64,000 nucleotides of DNA from Emiliania huxleyi CCMP1516 (taxonomy: Eukaryota). The stretch spans positions 280,602 through 344,601 of the forward strand of contig NW_005201223.1 in the NCBI RefSeq assembly GCF_000372725.1. The letters run 5' to 3'. The number at the start of each line of letters is the position of its first letter. Position 1 is the first letter of the stretch. Made by a program: the position numbers and the translations under genes. The notes under the pieces are model-generated. The model was not told the DNA's origin. It did not search any database and saw only the letters and a list, made by a program, of their open reading frames with translations. Below, piece by piece: positions 28,091-41,175 of this stretch.

Positions 28091-30199
28091 ATGCCCGACG
28101 CCGAGGCCGCCGACGACGCGAGAGTTCCGATCACGATTCTGACTGGCTTCTTGGGGAGCGGCAAGACGACGCTGCTCAACCACATCCTCTCTGCGACGCA
28201 TGGAAAGAAGATTGCCATCGTCGAGAATGAGTTTGGCGACACCTCCATCGACGACAAGCTCATCCAGAAGAACGCCCACTTTCGGGACGAGGAGATTGTC
28301 GAGGTCCTGAACGGCTGCATCTGCTGCACGGTGCGGCAGGACCTCATCAAGATCCTGCAGAAGCTCTACCGCCGCGTCACGTCGGGCGAGTTGCACTTGG
28401 ATGGGATCATCATCGAGACGACCGGCATGGCTGACCCGGCGCCTGTCGCGCAAACCTTCCTCAAGCACGAGAGGATCCGGGCCTTTGCGCGCCTCGACGG
28501 GATCGTGACCCTCGTCGACGCGAAGCACGTCGAGCGGCACCTCGACGCCGTGAAGCCGGAGGGGGTCGTCAACGAGGCGGTGGCGCAGGTCGCCTTCGCC
28601 GACCGGCTGCTGCTCAACAAGACGGACCTCGTCACGGAGGAGGACCTCGTCCGCATCGAGGCGCGGCTGAGAGGCATCAACGGCTTCGCGCCGATCCAGA
28701 GGCGCGAGGGACACTTCCGAGACACTTCGTGCTCTCCGCCGCCGCCCCACCTGCGGCACACGCTCGGCCATACGACACGCGTCACACGGCCGCAGGTGCG
28801 CCCACTCCGATGTGTCGGTCGGGTCGGTGCTACACATCCACGGCTTCGACCTGCAGCGCGCGCTCAAGGCGAGGCCGGCGCTGTGCTCGTCACTGAGCCG
28901 GCGGGAGATCCGGCGAGATCGGAGATCGTGCGAGATCACCCCGGAGGGGCCGAGTGTAGGTGAGCCCGGGGCTGCTCGACGCAAAGGGGGGGGAGACGAA
29001 GCACGACGCGAGCGTCACCAGCGTGAGCCTCGATCAGGGCGCCGCGCGACACATGCGCACGGTGCGCGGCACTCTGCGAGCCACTTGTGGACGCCACTGC
29101 CGCCTCCGAGCCACCTCCACTCGTTCGCTCCCTCCCCCGCCGCTCACGTCTGCGCATGGCTGTGTGAGGCCACGCGGGCGCCGACCCGCTCCTCCGCTCT
29201 CACCGCCCCGCGCCCTCACCGCACGCCGCCCCGCAACGACCCTCGCGGCACGCGCATGGCGCGTCACCGCTCGAACGCCGCACCCGCAGGTGCACAAGGG
29301 CGAGCTCGACCACGGCCTGGTCAAGGGCTGGATCTCGAGGCTGCTCAAGGAGAGGGGGGGCGACATGTACCGGATGAAGGGCGTGCTCCACCTCGCGCAC
29401 GCCGAGCAGCGCTTCGTCTACCACGCCGTCCACATGACCTTCAGCGGCAGCTTTGACGAGCCCTGGCGCGAGTCCCTTCCGAGAGACTCCCTTCCGACAC
29501 ACACTCTTCCGGGACGCCTCCGACACGCGCCCGAGGAACAGCCTCGCCTGAAGGCATGCACGCACCGCGGGCACCGCAGACGCCTGGTTCGGAAGGGCTG
29601 TGCGGGCAACGCCGCCCGGGCCGCACGTCTCCGCGCCCCACGCTTGCGCACCCTTCCCGCAGGGGCGACGATGAGCCGCGCGAGAGCAAGATGGTCTTCA
29701 TCGGCAAGAACCTGGACGGCGAGGAGCTGGCCGCCTCCTTCAACCGATGCCTCGCCACGCCCGAGAACATGGCGGGGAGGGAGGGGCCGTTCGGCGAGCC
29801 AGCTGGTCGGCAGCGTCTCTTCACACTTGCCGCTGTGCATAGGCGGCCAAGGAGGAGGCGCTCCGCTTCGCCGTCGGCGAGCAAGTCGAGTGCCGCACCG
29901 GGCCCGACACGTGGTCGCGGGGCGAGGTGCTCACGCGCAACTACAGGGACGAGTCGATGCCGCAGGGGTTCGTGTCGCCGTACCAGGTGGAGCTCCTTGA
30001 CGGAGGACTCATTTGGACGCCCTCGGATTGCGACAGCGTCGTCCGCTCGGTGAGGCGCGCCGCGCGGAGCTTACCGGCGCACGAGCACTCGCATGGCGCG
30101 GTGAGCGACCAGATGAGCGACCTTGGACTCGAGAGCGAGACCGTCGCGGAAGGCGAGAGGAAGACGTGCGCGTGCTGCGCAGTGGGCCCGGAGCAGTAG
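28091..30199 (+). CDS. COG0523 (CobW/ZNG1-type) G3E GTPase metallochaperone, 6 exons
   Basis: TGFLGSGKTT, ENEFG, NGCICC, IETTGMADP, LNKTD; CobW_C YRMKGVL and KMVFIGKNL; extra PYQVEL...D.D domain; HEHSH and CACC tail. Confidence 0.95.
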
Positions 30200-30646
30200 G
30201 GCCATGTGCACAGTGCAAGGGGTCAGGGGTGTCGCGCCGCGGAGAGGTTATTCAAATTTAAGCACATCTTAACCCCGCTAACAGCAGCGCGCCAGCGGGG
30301 CCAGCGTTGCTTTCACGATGAGCCGCGGCCCAGGATGCGAAAGCAGGCGGTGCGACAAGCCTCAAGCGTGAGGTGCGAGACACTGCGACGCGCAAGCACC
30401 ACGCACCATTCGTTCGTCCACGTTCCACTCCACCGCACCAAAGGGCTTCACAGCACACAGCGAGGGACCTTGATCCTTGTGTTGTTATTGGTATTGAGAA
30501 GGAAATACCTCCTTGTTCACACGCGGCGACAGAACAACACTTAGCCGACTTGAAATGGGTTTACTTTGCGAAAAAACAAAACTTGCCGGCAGAATCGTGC
30601 GTGAGTCTGTCCAAAACCGCGCGCACACCCACCGCACACCGCGACA

Positions 30647-31912
30647 ATGAACAGCCCCCGCTTCAGCTGCACTTCTGACGAGAGTTTGCTCGGGAACGGT
30701 ACGGCGCTGTGCTTGCTGCTCGCCACCACCACGTCACATGTATCGCCTCGCTTTGCTTACCTGTACGCCTCACTCGTGCAGCTGGTGGAGACACACTCAT
30801 GGGCGCGTGTGGCGCTCAACCTTTACTCACAGGGGGCTGACAAGGTGGTGTCGAGAGCACGCCGCCTGCACCCCTCGATATACGCCTTCGCCGTGCCAGG
30901 CTTCAAGACTCTGTTCTGGAAGCGGGTGCTAACCACGGCAGCCGTCCAACCCTTCTCGCACATCATGTGCATCGACGACGATATGCGAGTCGCTCCCGGC
31001 CAATTCCAGCTCGTACCGCTGCTGCGACTGCAGGCCACGATCGGCGTGCCGCTCATCGCCCCTGCGCCCATTGGAGCAGGTAACGGCATGCACCCTGCGA
31101 CCGCAGAGCGCCTTCCCCAACTCATGTATGAGTCCAGACAGAAGGCAGACGAACATTGTTCCGTGCGGACTGAGCCGTTTGTCGAGATTAAGGCGCCCCT
31201 CTTCAGCCGCGATGCATGGGTGGTCGTGCATGAGCACGCGCTATCAAAGATAGACGATCGCAGCCACACTGGCCCGGGTCTCGATCAAGTGTGGTGCGGC
31301 CTTCTAGAGCATCGAATCTTCGGCCACGTGTGCCACATGAAGCCCATGGTAACCAACGGCACGTGCTGGCGCCAGCTGGGTGGCGCGTGCGCCTATTCTT
31401 ACATCACCCCGATGCGACACGACAACTTCATATCTCTCGATGCTGACTTTGGGCGAAACAAGAATGACCGGGCCGCGCGCAGGAAGGCGCTGACGTACGA
31501 TCCAGATCGCATGCAAAGGGCGATGATGCGCACACGATTGATGACCTACCGCTGGTTGATGCCAAGCTGGCGGCCAGCACGAACGCGGCTGACAAGACCG
31601 GAGGGCAATGCACATCTTTCAGGCTGCTGGCAAATGTCCGATCTTTGGGCGGCGCTGGTTGGCAACGGGGGGGGTAACGGGAGCAGTGGCGAGAGGCTGC
31701 TGTGGCAGTGGGATCGCGAGGTGCATGAGAGAATGCATGCTGAGGCGATTGCCGCAATTCCACCGCGAAAAGACAACAAGACCGTCAGAGTTTGGTGGTC
31801 TGGGAATTCAGCCGAGGCCCAGGAAAGGAGGTTTTCGTGGTTCTCGTGGGTAGTGAACAACGCCTTCCGATGGAAGGGCAAGGCGCGCGTTCGCAAGCTG
31901 CTTGGAGACTAG
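30647..31912 (+). CDS. DUF707-like glycosyltransferase-fold protein, intronless
   Basis: HIMCIDDD, IAPA, FVEIKAPLFSRDAW and GPGLDQVWC resemble DUF707 motifs. Confidence 0.6.
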   Translation: MNSPRFSCTSDESLLGNGTALCLLLATTTSHVSPRFAYLYASLVQLVETHSWARVALNLYSQGADKVVSRARRLHPSIYAFAVPGFKTLFWKRVLTTAAVQPFSHIMCIDDDMRVAPGQFQLVPLLRLQATIGVPLIAPAPIGAGNGMHPATAERLPQLMYESRQKADEHCSVRTEPFVEIKAPLFSRDAWVVVHEHALSKIDDRSHTGPGLDQVWCGLLEHRIFGHVCHMKPMVTNGTCWRQLGGACAYSYITPMRHDNFISLDADFGRNKNDRAARRKALTYDPDRMQRAMMRTRLMTYRWLMPSWRPARTRLTRPEGNAHLSGCWQMSDLWAALVGNGGGNGSSGERLLWQWDREVHERMHAEAIAAIPPRKDNKTVRVWWSGNSAEAQERRFSWFSWVVNNAFRWKGKARVRKLLGD

Positions 31913-32499
31913 GGCTGGACGCGACCCGCGACACGTAGGCCGTGGCACCGCACGAGCCCGCCCGGACCATCCGCGAGCGTCGTGCACTCGCCCGACAAGG
32001 GCGCCTTCCCGTGCCGATGCTCGGGATCGGGCGTGGGCGATCTGTACAGCCTCCGTACACGCTCCGCCTGCCAGTTCACAGTTGGGAGAGAGAGAGTCGT
32101 CTCTAACGGCAATCCCGCTTCTGCGAAGCAGCCAGCACGCGAGCTTGTCAACATACAGCGTGATCGGCCAGCACACAGGCAAAAGGGGCTCACCGACAAA
32201 CGGTCTCACCTTCCTGAACGCGACACCCACGGACGGGTCAGCTCACCAACGAAAGCACCTCGTTGCGTGAAAAACGCGATGACGAAAGCGGCACGCCGTG
32301 CATTGAGAGTCGTTCCGAGGAGGCGCGGGCAAGGAACATAGCAAGCGAACCTTTGACATAATATATGTATATAACATATCCCACGAAAAAAAGAACGTTT
32401 TCAGTATCCCACTGACACCACGTCTACTCAGAGGTCGTTGCCTCTTTGTCGCATAGCACGCCCACAGAGAGAATTTTACAAGCAAACTCCCTCGCACGA

Positions 32500-33850
32500 C
32501 GACACTGGGCACGGGACTGGCGCGCACTGGCACTAACACAGGTACACCAGAAAGAAAGAATTTTACAATCGCCGACACTGGGCACGGACTGGCGCGCACT
32601 GGCCTGAGCCCTGGCCTCGACACCTCGACACCAAACCTCGACACCGACTCGACACCTCGACACCCCCATGCCAACTCGACCAACTCGACACCCCTCGACA
32701 CCCCTCGACACCATCTAGGCTGGTACCACGCTCGCCGGTGTCAAGGTGCCAAACTCGACACCTCGACACACCTCGACACACCTCGACACCCCTCGACACC
32801 CCTCGACACCCCTCGACACCCCTCGACACCTCTGATGATCCTAACACTTCAGAGACGTAGACCCATTGGAGTCACAGAGTTAGAAAATCAGGGTTGCAGC
32901 AGCAATCAAACTTGGCTGGCAGTACTTTCATCCCTCAGTTGCAGCCTCTCAAAAGTTCTAGCTCAAGTTGCAGCTCAGTTGCACCCCTGCAATGACCAAT
33001 GTAGCAACCATGGCAGTACTCAGGTAGCCCTCAGGTGCTGCACAGCACCTTGTACAGTGGCAATGAATCCTCACACCAGTGAGCTTGTGCCATGAGTGCG
33101 GACCTGTGGTCCACATGCGCTTTGTGCACCGGCGACGCTGCAATGGCGACGCTGGCAGCGGCGGCGACGCTGCTGCGATGGGGTACTGTAGCCCTTAGCT
33201 GCTGGACAGCACCTTGTGCAGTGGCAATGTCCACTGACTCATGGCACCAGCCTTGTGAAAGGAGCGCTGTGGTCAGTTGCGCTTTGTGCGCCGGCGACGC
33301 TGCAGGGGCGACGACGCTGCAGCGGCGACGCTGCTGCATGGGGTGTGCTGTAGCCTTAGGTGTGCTGCGCCTGCACAGCACCTTGTGCAGTGGCAATGAC
33401 TCCTGGCACTAGTGAGCTTGATGTCCTCAAATGTCCACAGAGTATACTGGTTGTGCTCACAGGTTGTGCTACATCAACAGGGGTGCAACTGAGAGGCTGC
33501 AACTAAGGGATGAAACAGCTTTGCAGCTGCAGCCCAAGTTTTGTTGGGCTGCAACTGCATCCTGCCGGCACCTTGGATACCTCGACACCTTAGTAACTAA
33601 GCCTTAGACGCTAAACACCTTGACAACACTCGACACCCGCTCGACACGCTCGACACGCTCGACACGCTCGACACCCTCGACACCCTCGACACCCCTCGAC
33701 ACCCCTCGACACTGGCAAGCATGGTATCAGCCTCGACAGGCCTCGACAGGCCTCGACAGGCCTCGACAGCAGCTCGACACCCTCGACACCGGGCCTCGAC
33801 ACCTCGACACCAAGGGCTCAGGCACTGGCACTAACACAGGTACGCCAAGA
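32500..33850. repeat. Composite repeat: (CCTCGACAC)n arrays flanking an inverted-repeat element
   Basis: ctcgacac arrays at 32615-32830 and 33620-33810; direct repeat gcactggcactaacacaggtac at about 32524 and 33822; inner TIRs 32893-32950 and 33491-33555; three internal units about 165 bp apart. Confidence 0.8.
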
Positions 33851-34157
33851 AAATAGAAGGATGGGAGGCAGAAAGGGCGCGCACCCGCGCCCTTGTCGTG
33901 TCCGTGTGCTGTGAGCGAGGCTCGCGCTTAATAATTCTTTTTGCAAAAGCCTCAGCCTGCCTGGAGCTTGGAGCAGCGGTGCAGCAGCTCTGCGACACGG
34001 GCGCGGGCTCCTACCTCATGGCGCTGTGGGCTCGGCGGCACTAGAGGGAGGGGCCAGGGGACCATACCCCCCACCCCTGTGGATGAAGTAGATACCGCAC
34101 CCCGCCAAAAGTCCGAACCCGGCTGTCAGTGGGCTTGGGATAGACGGCCGCGCAACC

Positions 34158-34664
34158 ATGTCGGCGGAGAGCAAGGCCCTTCTGGCTCAGGAGAGCGACG
34201 CCGAGCCGCTGGCGGAGCGGAGCGAGGTGGACGGGGAGGAGGTGGTGCCCGCCACGTGGGAGAGCGTCAAGGCGCTGCCTGCGCTCCAAACACCCGACCA
34301 CGGCACGCTCATCTGCGAGCGTCTCGTCGGGACCAGTGTCGTCGGCATCATCATCGCCTTCTGCGTCGGCTGCGTGATGCTGACAACCACGGACGTCCCC
34401 GAGGCGTCGGCTCCCAAGGCGTCGATGTGCCGCAGAATCATCTACCTCGAGGCCGCGATCGCACTGTACTGCCTGTTCACGCTGCAGTACGGCAGCCGCG
34501 GGGTGCTGCAGCGCTCCCCGCAGGCGTGCTTCCCTCTCCCGCCCGCAGTGGCGGACCGGCTCCGCGCCGCGCTGCGCCGCTCCTCGACGGGCGACGTCGA
34601 GGAGCCGAGGTGCTCCTGCGCTAGATGTCCGGCACCCACCTGCTGCGCCGCTCTCTCTCTCTCT

Positions 34665-34734
<70 letters not shown>

Positions 34735-35110
34735 TCACTCCCTCTCTCGCGCTCTCTCCCTCTCCCTCTCTCGCTCTCTCCCTCCCTCTCTCTCTCACCG
34801 CGCTGCCCCGCTCTCTCTGTCCGCAGGCCGCCCAGCCTCAGCGCCGCAATGGAGATGGCCGTCGAGGGGCTGCACAACGTGACCGACCCGGACCCGGACG
34901 GGTGTGCCGCCCCTGCCGGCCGCGCCCTCCCCACCCCGAGAGTCGCCCTCACCCTCGACCCCCCTCCTCAGGCGCGGCGTCTATTGCGTGCGCTGCCTGC
35001 TCTGGCAGCAAACAGCCGAGACACAAGCCGAGATCTGGCCGAGATACAGCGCTGCCTGCTCAGGCGGCTAGCAGCAGCAGCAGCAGCGGCGGCGGCGGCG
35101 GCGGCAGCAG

Positions 35111-35151
<41 letters not shown>

Positions 35152-36000
35152 GCAGCAGCGGCAGCAGCGCCAGCAGCGCCAGCAGCAGCAGCAGCAGCAG
35201 CGGCGGCAGCAGTTGAACCTCAAAAGTCCGAAACCGAAGCCCCAAACGACCGAAGCGGCTGCTCGCCAGGCGACCTGCGGACGGCCACCACTGCTCCACC
35301 TGCCAGCGGTGCGCGCAAGATCTCCTGCAAGATCTCGCCTGACCTCCCACCACGTCTCGCCTCATCTCGATCGAGATCTCGTCTGATCTCCCTTCGAGAT
35401 CTCCCTCAGGTGCGTGCCGGAGTTCGACCACCACTGCGGTGTCCTCGGCTGCTGCGTGCACGGCACCGAGATGCAGCCGAGATGCGGCCGAGAGGCGGCC
35501 GAGAGGCAGCCGAGAGGCAGCCGAGAGGCAGCCGAGAGGCAGCCCGAGAGGCAGCCCGAGAGGCAGCCCGAGAGGCAGCCCGAGAGGCAGCCCGAGAGGC
35601 AGCCCGAGAGGCAGCCCGAGAGGCAGCCCGAGAGGCAGCCCGAGAGGCAGCCCGAGAGGCAGCCCGAGAGGCAGCCCGAGAGGCAGCCCGAGAGATCGCC
35701 GAGGTATCGCCGAGAGATCGCCGAGAGATCGCCGAGAGATCGCCGAGAGGTCGCCGAGAGGTCGCTGCGTGCACGGCTCCGCCGCACGGCACGTGCCAGG
35801 GGCGGAGCTCTTCTGGGGGCCGTCCCGCGCCGCCTGCATGCCCGCGCCTCACCGCCTCGCCGCCTCACCGCCTTGCCGCCTTGCCGCCTCACCGCCTTGC
35901 CGCAGGCTCCGCCACGCGCGGCAACATGTGCCAGTTCTGCACGCTGCTCGCCCTGGCGGCCGTGGGCTTCCTCAGCGCAATGGGCGGCCAGCCTGTAGCT
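34158..36000 (+). CDS. DHHC palmitoyl-acyltransferase, multi-exon; 3' end uncertain
   Basis: YCVRCLLW | ...GHHCSTCQR | CVPEFDHHCGVLGCCVH | GNMCQF plus transmembrane helices; introns full of CT, CAG and CCGAGAGGCAGC repeats. Confidence 0.85.
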
Positions 36001-37212
36001 GCGCAATCCAGAGCCCTCCCCCCTCCCCGGAGGCACTCTCGAAAGACGCGTGCTCCCTGGGGTGCGACGCCTCTCGACGCCGCGCGGCTCCCTTGAGCAC
36101 GCGGCGCGACGAGGCCGTACCCTCGCCCCCCCAGCCGCCCCCTGCTCATCCGCCATCACCCAACGTGCGCGCGCGCGTGTGTGAGGGGGGGTGGGGGTCG
36201 GGGGGGGAGGTCCCTGGCTGCGACCCGAGATCCTCCGAGGTCAAGCCGAGATCTGCCGAGATCCGCCGAGGGGTCAACCCGAGGCCCGCCGAGGCTGTAG
36301 GCGTCGGGGTCGCCATGGCGGGGGACCACCCCTACCGCCCCGCCCGCTACTCGCGCCGCACCCGACCGCCGCACGGTACCCCTCCTCCTCTTCCAACCCG
36401 CCGAACCCCCCCCCCCCCCCCTCCCTCTCCCCTCCCACAGGCCTCTCGAGCCACCTCTCCTCCTCGCCTCGCCGCTACTCCTCCTCCTCCTCCTCCTCGA
36501 GAGCACGGCGAGACACAGCCGAGACGCAGCCGAGACACGAGCCGAGACACAGCCGAGATCTCGCCGGAGACGCAGCCGAGACGCACCCGAGACACACCCG
36601 AGACACGGCCGAGAGACATAGTGAGATTCTACCCCACTCCTCCTGCTCGACGCACCGGCTGCCTTCCCCCCCCCCCCCCCTCCCCCGCCCGCCACAGGCG
36701 AGCCTCCGCCGCCCACCGGCCGAGCCTCGCCCAGCTCGCGGCAAACGCGAGACCGCCCGCCCGCCACGCTGCCAGAGGCGGCCGAGGGCCCGAGCACGAA
36801 CTTTCTCGGGACCGTCCTCTAGGCGACCGTCCACCGCGCGCTCAAGGGCCCGCCGCCGCCAAAGCCGCCGCCAAAGCCGCGGCCGGTCGCGCACGCCAGC
36901 GCGGCCGGCAAGCTGGTGTGATCCAGGCGGCGGCGCTCATGTGTGATCGAGGCTGCGCAGGCAGCCGCTGCCGCCCCCACCGCCGGCTTCCCCTTTCTTG
37001 CCCAAAGGGACGCGGCATTGTATTCGCGGCATCTGCCACACGCAGCCCGATATTCGCCGCTCTTTCGCACATTCAGTGCTCAGGCCCGCGGCTTAGCGCA
37101 ATGCTCCGTTTTTCATCTCGCCGCGGCGCGACTCTCTTCGCTGCTCACCCCCGTTTCCAATATCTCGCGTCGAAAATTGTGAACATAGCGTTGCACCCTA
37201 GTGAGTCTGTCG

Positions 37213-38910
37213 GTAAGCGCGGGTTAGCGCGGGTTAGTGCTCACTAACCCGGCACGCGCACGGGTCAGTCTCAGAATGGGTTACCATAACCCGGCACTAA
37301 CCCGCTGCCCGGCACACTATCTCACTAACCCAGCGCTAAAAAAAAATTTTGCTTTAATCCAAAGTACTCGGCACAGTGCTATCCCCTACCCCCCCCCCCC
37401 CCCCCCGTCCTCTCCGGACTAGACATGTGCGCTACATTGCCTAGGGGTGGGGTGGTGGGGCCTATTGGGGCATAATGGCTTGTTGTAGTGGATATGAGTT
37501 GTGGGCGTGTCTCGCTGGCTTTCGCCAGCCTTTGCAGGCATCCTAAGTTCGGCAGCTCAGCCTCCTCTGCGCCAGGGATCGCGCGGGGCGCAGCACGCCC
37601 TGTGTCGTCTGCGCGAGATCCTAGTCCCTGGTTCACCGAGGCGCCCCCTACAGGGAGTCAGCTCAGCCGCGTTCCTTGTAGTGTGATGCCTTTAAGTCTT
37701 TAGGTGTTTGTTGTGCTAGCTTGTGAGGCCTTGACAAACTTGATCTCTCGTGCGTGAGTCGTCGCCTCTTCTGTGGTGAGGTGGTCGAGTCCCACTCTCC
37801 TTAGTTCTTCATTCACTCGCCTGCTCAGTCGTAGTCTGCCGTAGTAGTCAATCGTCCCCATGGGTTCTACTTTGTCGCTTATTTCTTTCATGGTCGAATC
37901 GCTGACTCGGTCGCTCTTGCGTCTTATTCGTCGGAGCCTAGTTCTGGCCTCCCCCGAGTACCCTTGCATGTTTCTCACTAATAGGTTCAAGACCGCCTTC
38001 CAGGTTTGTCCGGGTTTGATGTCTTCTTCTTCGTAGAAGGAGACTATTATTTGGTTCCACATGTGTAGATGAAGTGCGTTGTGGACCTCAGGCGTGTCCG
38101 CCGAGGTTCCGATGATGGTGAGTAGTCTCGGCGGAGGTATGCTCAGTGACTCTCCTTGTGCAAAGACCGCCCGGACGACCGGGCACTCGTCGAGGTGTCT
38201 CAGCGTTTCAGAGGTTCTGTTACAGAGCCTGCACCTCGTGTGTGTTGTGGTGTCTAGTCCGTACGCCTTGAGCTGTTTCCGGAGGACCAGCCTCCTGTTG
38301 AGAATATATCTACAATAGTTGTCGGTGATTGTAGGCGGGACCAGAGTGCTGTGTATCGCTCTTGCAGCGTTAATCCATTCTTGAGGGTGGACTATTTTGT
38401 TGCTTGTCTCCACTCTGAGGCGGAATCTTGACGAGCTGTCGTGCGGTCGGTCGGGTCGCTGAACTCGTGCCCTGGAGTCTTTTCCTAACCCAGCGCTAAC
38501 CCGCAGCGCTAACCCGTGCGGCTGGGGGGGCATACGTCAGCATGGGTTTGCGCCGGGTTAGGGGTGGGCTAGGGCCGGGTTAGAGTGCAGTGCACCCCCC
38601 GGGTTAGAGAGCTGGTTGGCGAGATGAAACGGCTGCGGCGGGGCGTAATAGGCATGTTGTTGGTAACTTGTTCAAGTTACTTGGAATCGCCCGCATTTGT
38701 GTATGAACAAACTTGCCGCGCATCGGAGACGTGCACCGCCGCTAGTCAACTTGCTTCCTTCGCCGTCGGATGCGGAGATGGAGCCCTAGTTGTGCCGGGT
38801 TAGTGCCGCGGGGTTAGCGTCGGGTTATGGTAACCCGTTCTGACCCGAGCTGACCCTTGCCGGGTTAGTGTGGCTTAACCCGGTGTGAAACCCACGCTAA
38901 CCCTGCGCTT
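37213..38910. mobile_element. TAACCC/GGGTTA-rich inverted-repeat element interrupted by a LINE
   Basis: cactaacccggca...gggttaccataacccg (37242-37303) is inverted at about 38806-38870. Confidence 0.65.
37340..38484 (-). mobile_element. 5'-truncated L1/Tx1-like LINE with 15-bp TSD
   Basis: ORF fragment with zf-RVT-like CRLC...ETLRHLDECP; lower GC; identical ctaacccagcgctaa at 37325-37339 and 38485-38499. Confidence 0.8.
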
Positions 38911-39029
38911 AGTACCGACAGACTCAACTCGAGTAAATTTAAAAAAAACCGCGCGAACGTAACAAACGCGCTCCTGGCTTGGAGCCTTGGAGCTCTTGCT
39001 TCCTCTCCCGCTGTGTTTGGCTCCTCGCC

Positions 39030-40137
39030 ATGTCGCTCGCCCGCTCCAAAGGACTCTCGCCCGACAAGCTCTCGTGCGATCCGGCCTACTTCGAGCTCGA
39101 GAAAGTCGGCGGAGCCTTCAACCCGATGGCAGAGAGCCAGCGTGAAAACGGTATCCAGCAGCGGGTGCTCCCTGAGAACGTCTACACCGCAGCCATCGTC
39201 GCCTGGCTCAACAACGAGAGCGCATCCGAGGCGGCGATCGGCGCCGCGTTCTTTACTGCGCCGCCAGTCGCCCTCACAATCTTCCTCCAAGTGACGCTGA
39301 CTTACTACCTCCAAGTCGGTGTCAAGGACTACGATGGAGACCTCGAAGCGGTGTGCTTGACCGACCACAGAATGCTGCTGTATACGGGCCTCTCCGCCTT
39401 CGTCGGCCTCTCGCTCGGCAATCTCTACACCATCCTCGAGGCCCACAACTGGCTGCAAATGTTTGGGTCGTGTGAGCGGCACGAGGAGCTAATGCTCCAA
39501 AAGTACCTTCTCAAGCCAACGCCGCAAGCGCCCACCGGCACCGGCAAGGAGGAGAGCGGCAAGGAGGAGTCGTCTGTCTACCCTGACTGTGTGGATGAGG
39601 CGATGGACGGCGTGGCGCGGAGCATGGAGGGTGGTCTCGGTGAGGCGATGGGGACCGACGACATGCGCGGCGTGTGTCGCCCTCAGAGCGGCATCACTCC
39701 GTGCGCACGCGCGAGCTTCTACGCATTCCTGCTTCTGCCCTGGGCCGCGGTGACGGTGGGGGTCCTCTTTGCCGGCTCGGGCTCCGTGCTGCGGTCGGGC
39801 AACCGCTTCGACCTCGTGCCGACTGCGAGGCGGCACCGGCGGCAGGGGCGGGAACTCCGTCTCCTCACGCAGATTATGTGAACAGGTGCTCAACTGCGTG
39901 GCGGCCATCTTTGTGCTCGAGCTCGGCGAGGTCACCTACGCGCTGCTGCTGCCGCGCACCATCAAGAACTCGACGGCAGGGCTGCCGCCTCTCAACCGGG
40001 TGGGCAGCGAGGGCGGGGCGGTGGCGTCGGCCTTGCGCAAGTACGGCACGCTCTTCTTCTTCTGGATCGTCATCGCCGCCACCGCCGTCGTCGACGTCCC
40101 CCTCTACTACTTCTGGTGCAATTGGTCGGTCGACTGA
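39030..40137 (+). CDS. Uncharacterised polytopic membrane protein, 2 exons (intron 39816-39885)
   Basis: ATG 39030; hydrophobic helices; spliced motif DLVLNCVAAIFVLELGE. Confidence 0.7.
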
Positions 40138-40589
40138 GCGCGAGCCGCGCGGGCGCGTGCTAGGAGTTGGGGTCGTCCACCCGGGCCCGTGTGTGGCGCT
40201 CTGAGACGGCTCTGTGTTGCTTTCAAGGTAAAGGGTACCCCGTATGCCCCGGCGCGAACCTCTCCGGCCGGGTTCAATTCTTTGTTGACCGCCCCAAATC
40301 TAAATAAGTAAAGTGGGACGGACCACACACATGGATCCGACCCCGTGTGTCCCCGCCCTCTGCACGATCTTGGTGTGTGTGTATAAGGCACTAATAGACC
40401 CACTAACGACTAGGGTGGACGAGGACGTTTTAGATTTGTTTCACACAGCAGGTGGTGTGTAAAGTCTAAAATTCATAGATCATACCTTACGGTACTTGAG
40501 TTCTTCTACGCTAGTGTGTGCGCGCGCGTGTGAACTCTGCAACCTCTCTGAGATGAACGGCCTGTCGCTGCGCCTGCTGGTGCTGCTGC

Positions 40590-40850
40590 CGCGCAGGGGT
40601 TCTACAATAGTAAAGAAAAGCCGCCCGTCCGCTTGTCCGGCGGCTGGTAGTACACCGTCCCGAGCAAATGCGTCGTGCCGTCGACCGTCAGCAGAAGCTT
40701 GGGGCGCTCGGTGTAGTAGCTGACGTTTGCCAGCGAGCCGTTGGAGGCGACATACTGGCGGGTGAGATTGAAGCAGCCCTCGAGGGCGTAGGCACCGTTG
40801 CAGCCGGCCATGTGCATGTCGGACCATGTGATTCCGTCAGGGGACGTGCA
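40590..40850 (-). pseudogene. Orphan 3' gene fragment resembling the C-terminus of beta-propeller glycoside hydrolases
   Basis: GITWS...YYTERPKLLLTVDGTTHL; upstream sequence is repeat-derived. Confidence 0.35.
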
Positions 40851-41175
40851 TGGGAGTGGGGAGTTGCAACTGAATGCAAATCTTACTGTATGAAGGGGAC
40901 GTGGATGGGTTGATGGGGGATCGGGGGGGGGGCGGGTGGAGGAGGATGGCGCCCCGGGTGAGGCGGGGGGTGGGAGCTCGGGGGGCGGGCGGCGATCTCA
41001 GGCGAAGGCCTAAAATCGCTACCCAACGCGGCCAAAGGATGTCCACCTCGAGAACCTCGAGAGAGGCCTAAAAAAGAAAAAAATGTATTACTGCATGGGG
41101 TGCTCTTGGTGCTGTGGATGAGGTTGCGCCGAAAGCGGCGAAAGGAAACGAATATGAGCAGAACGCAGGTGTGTA

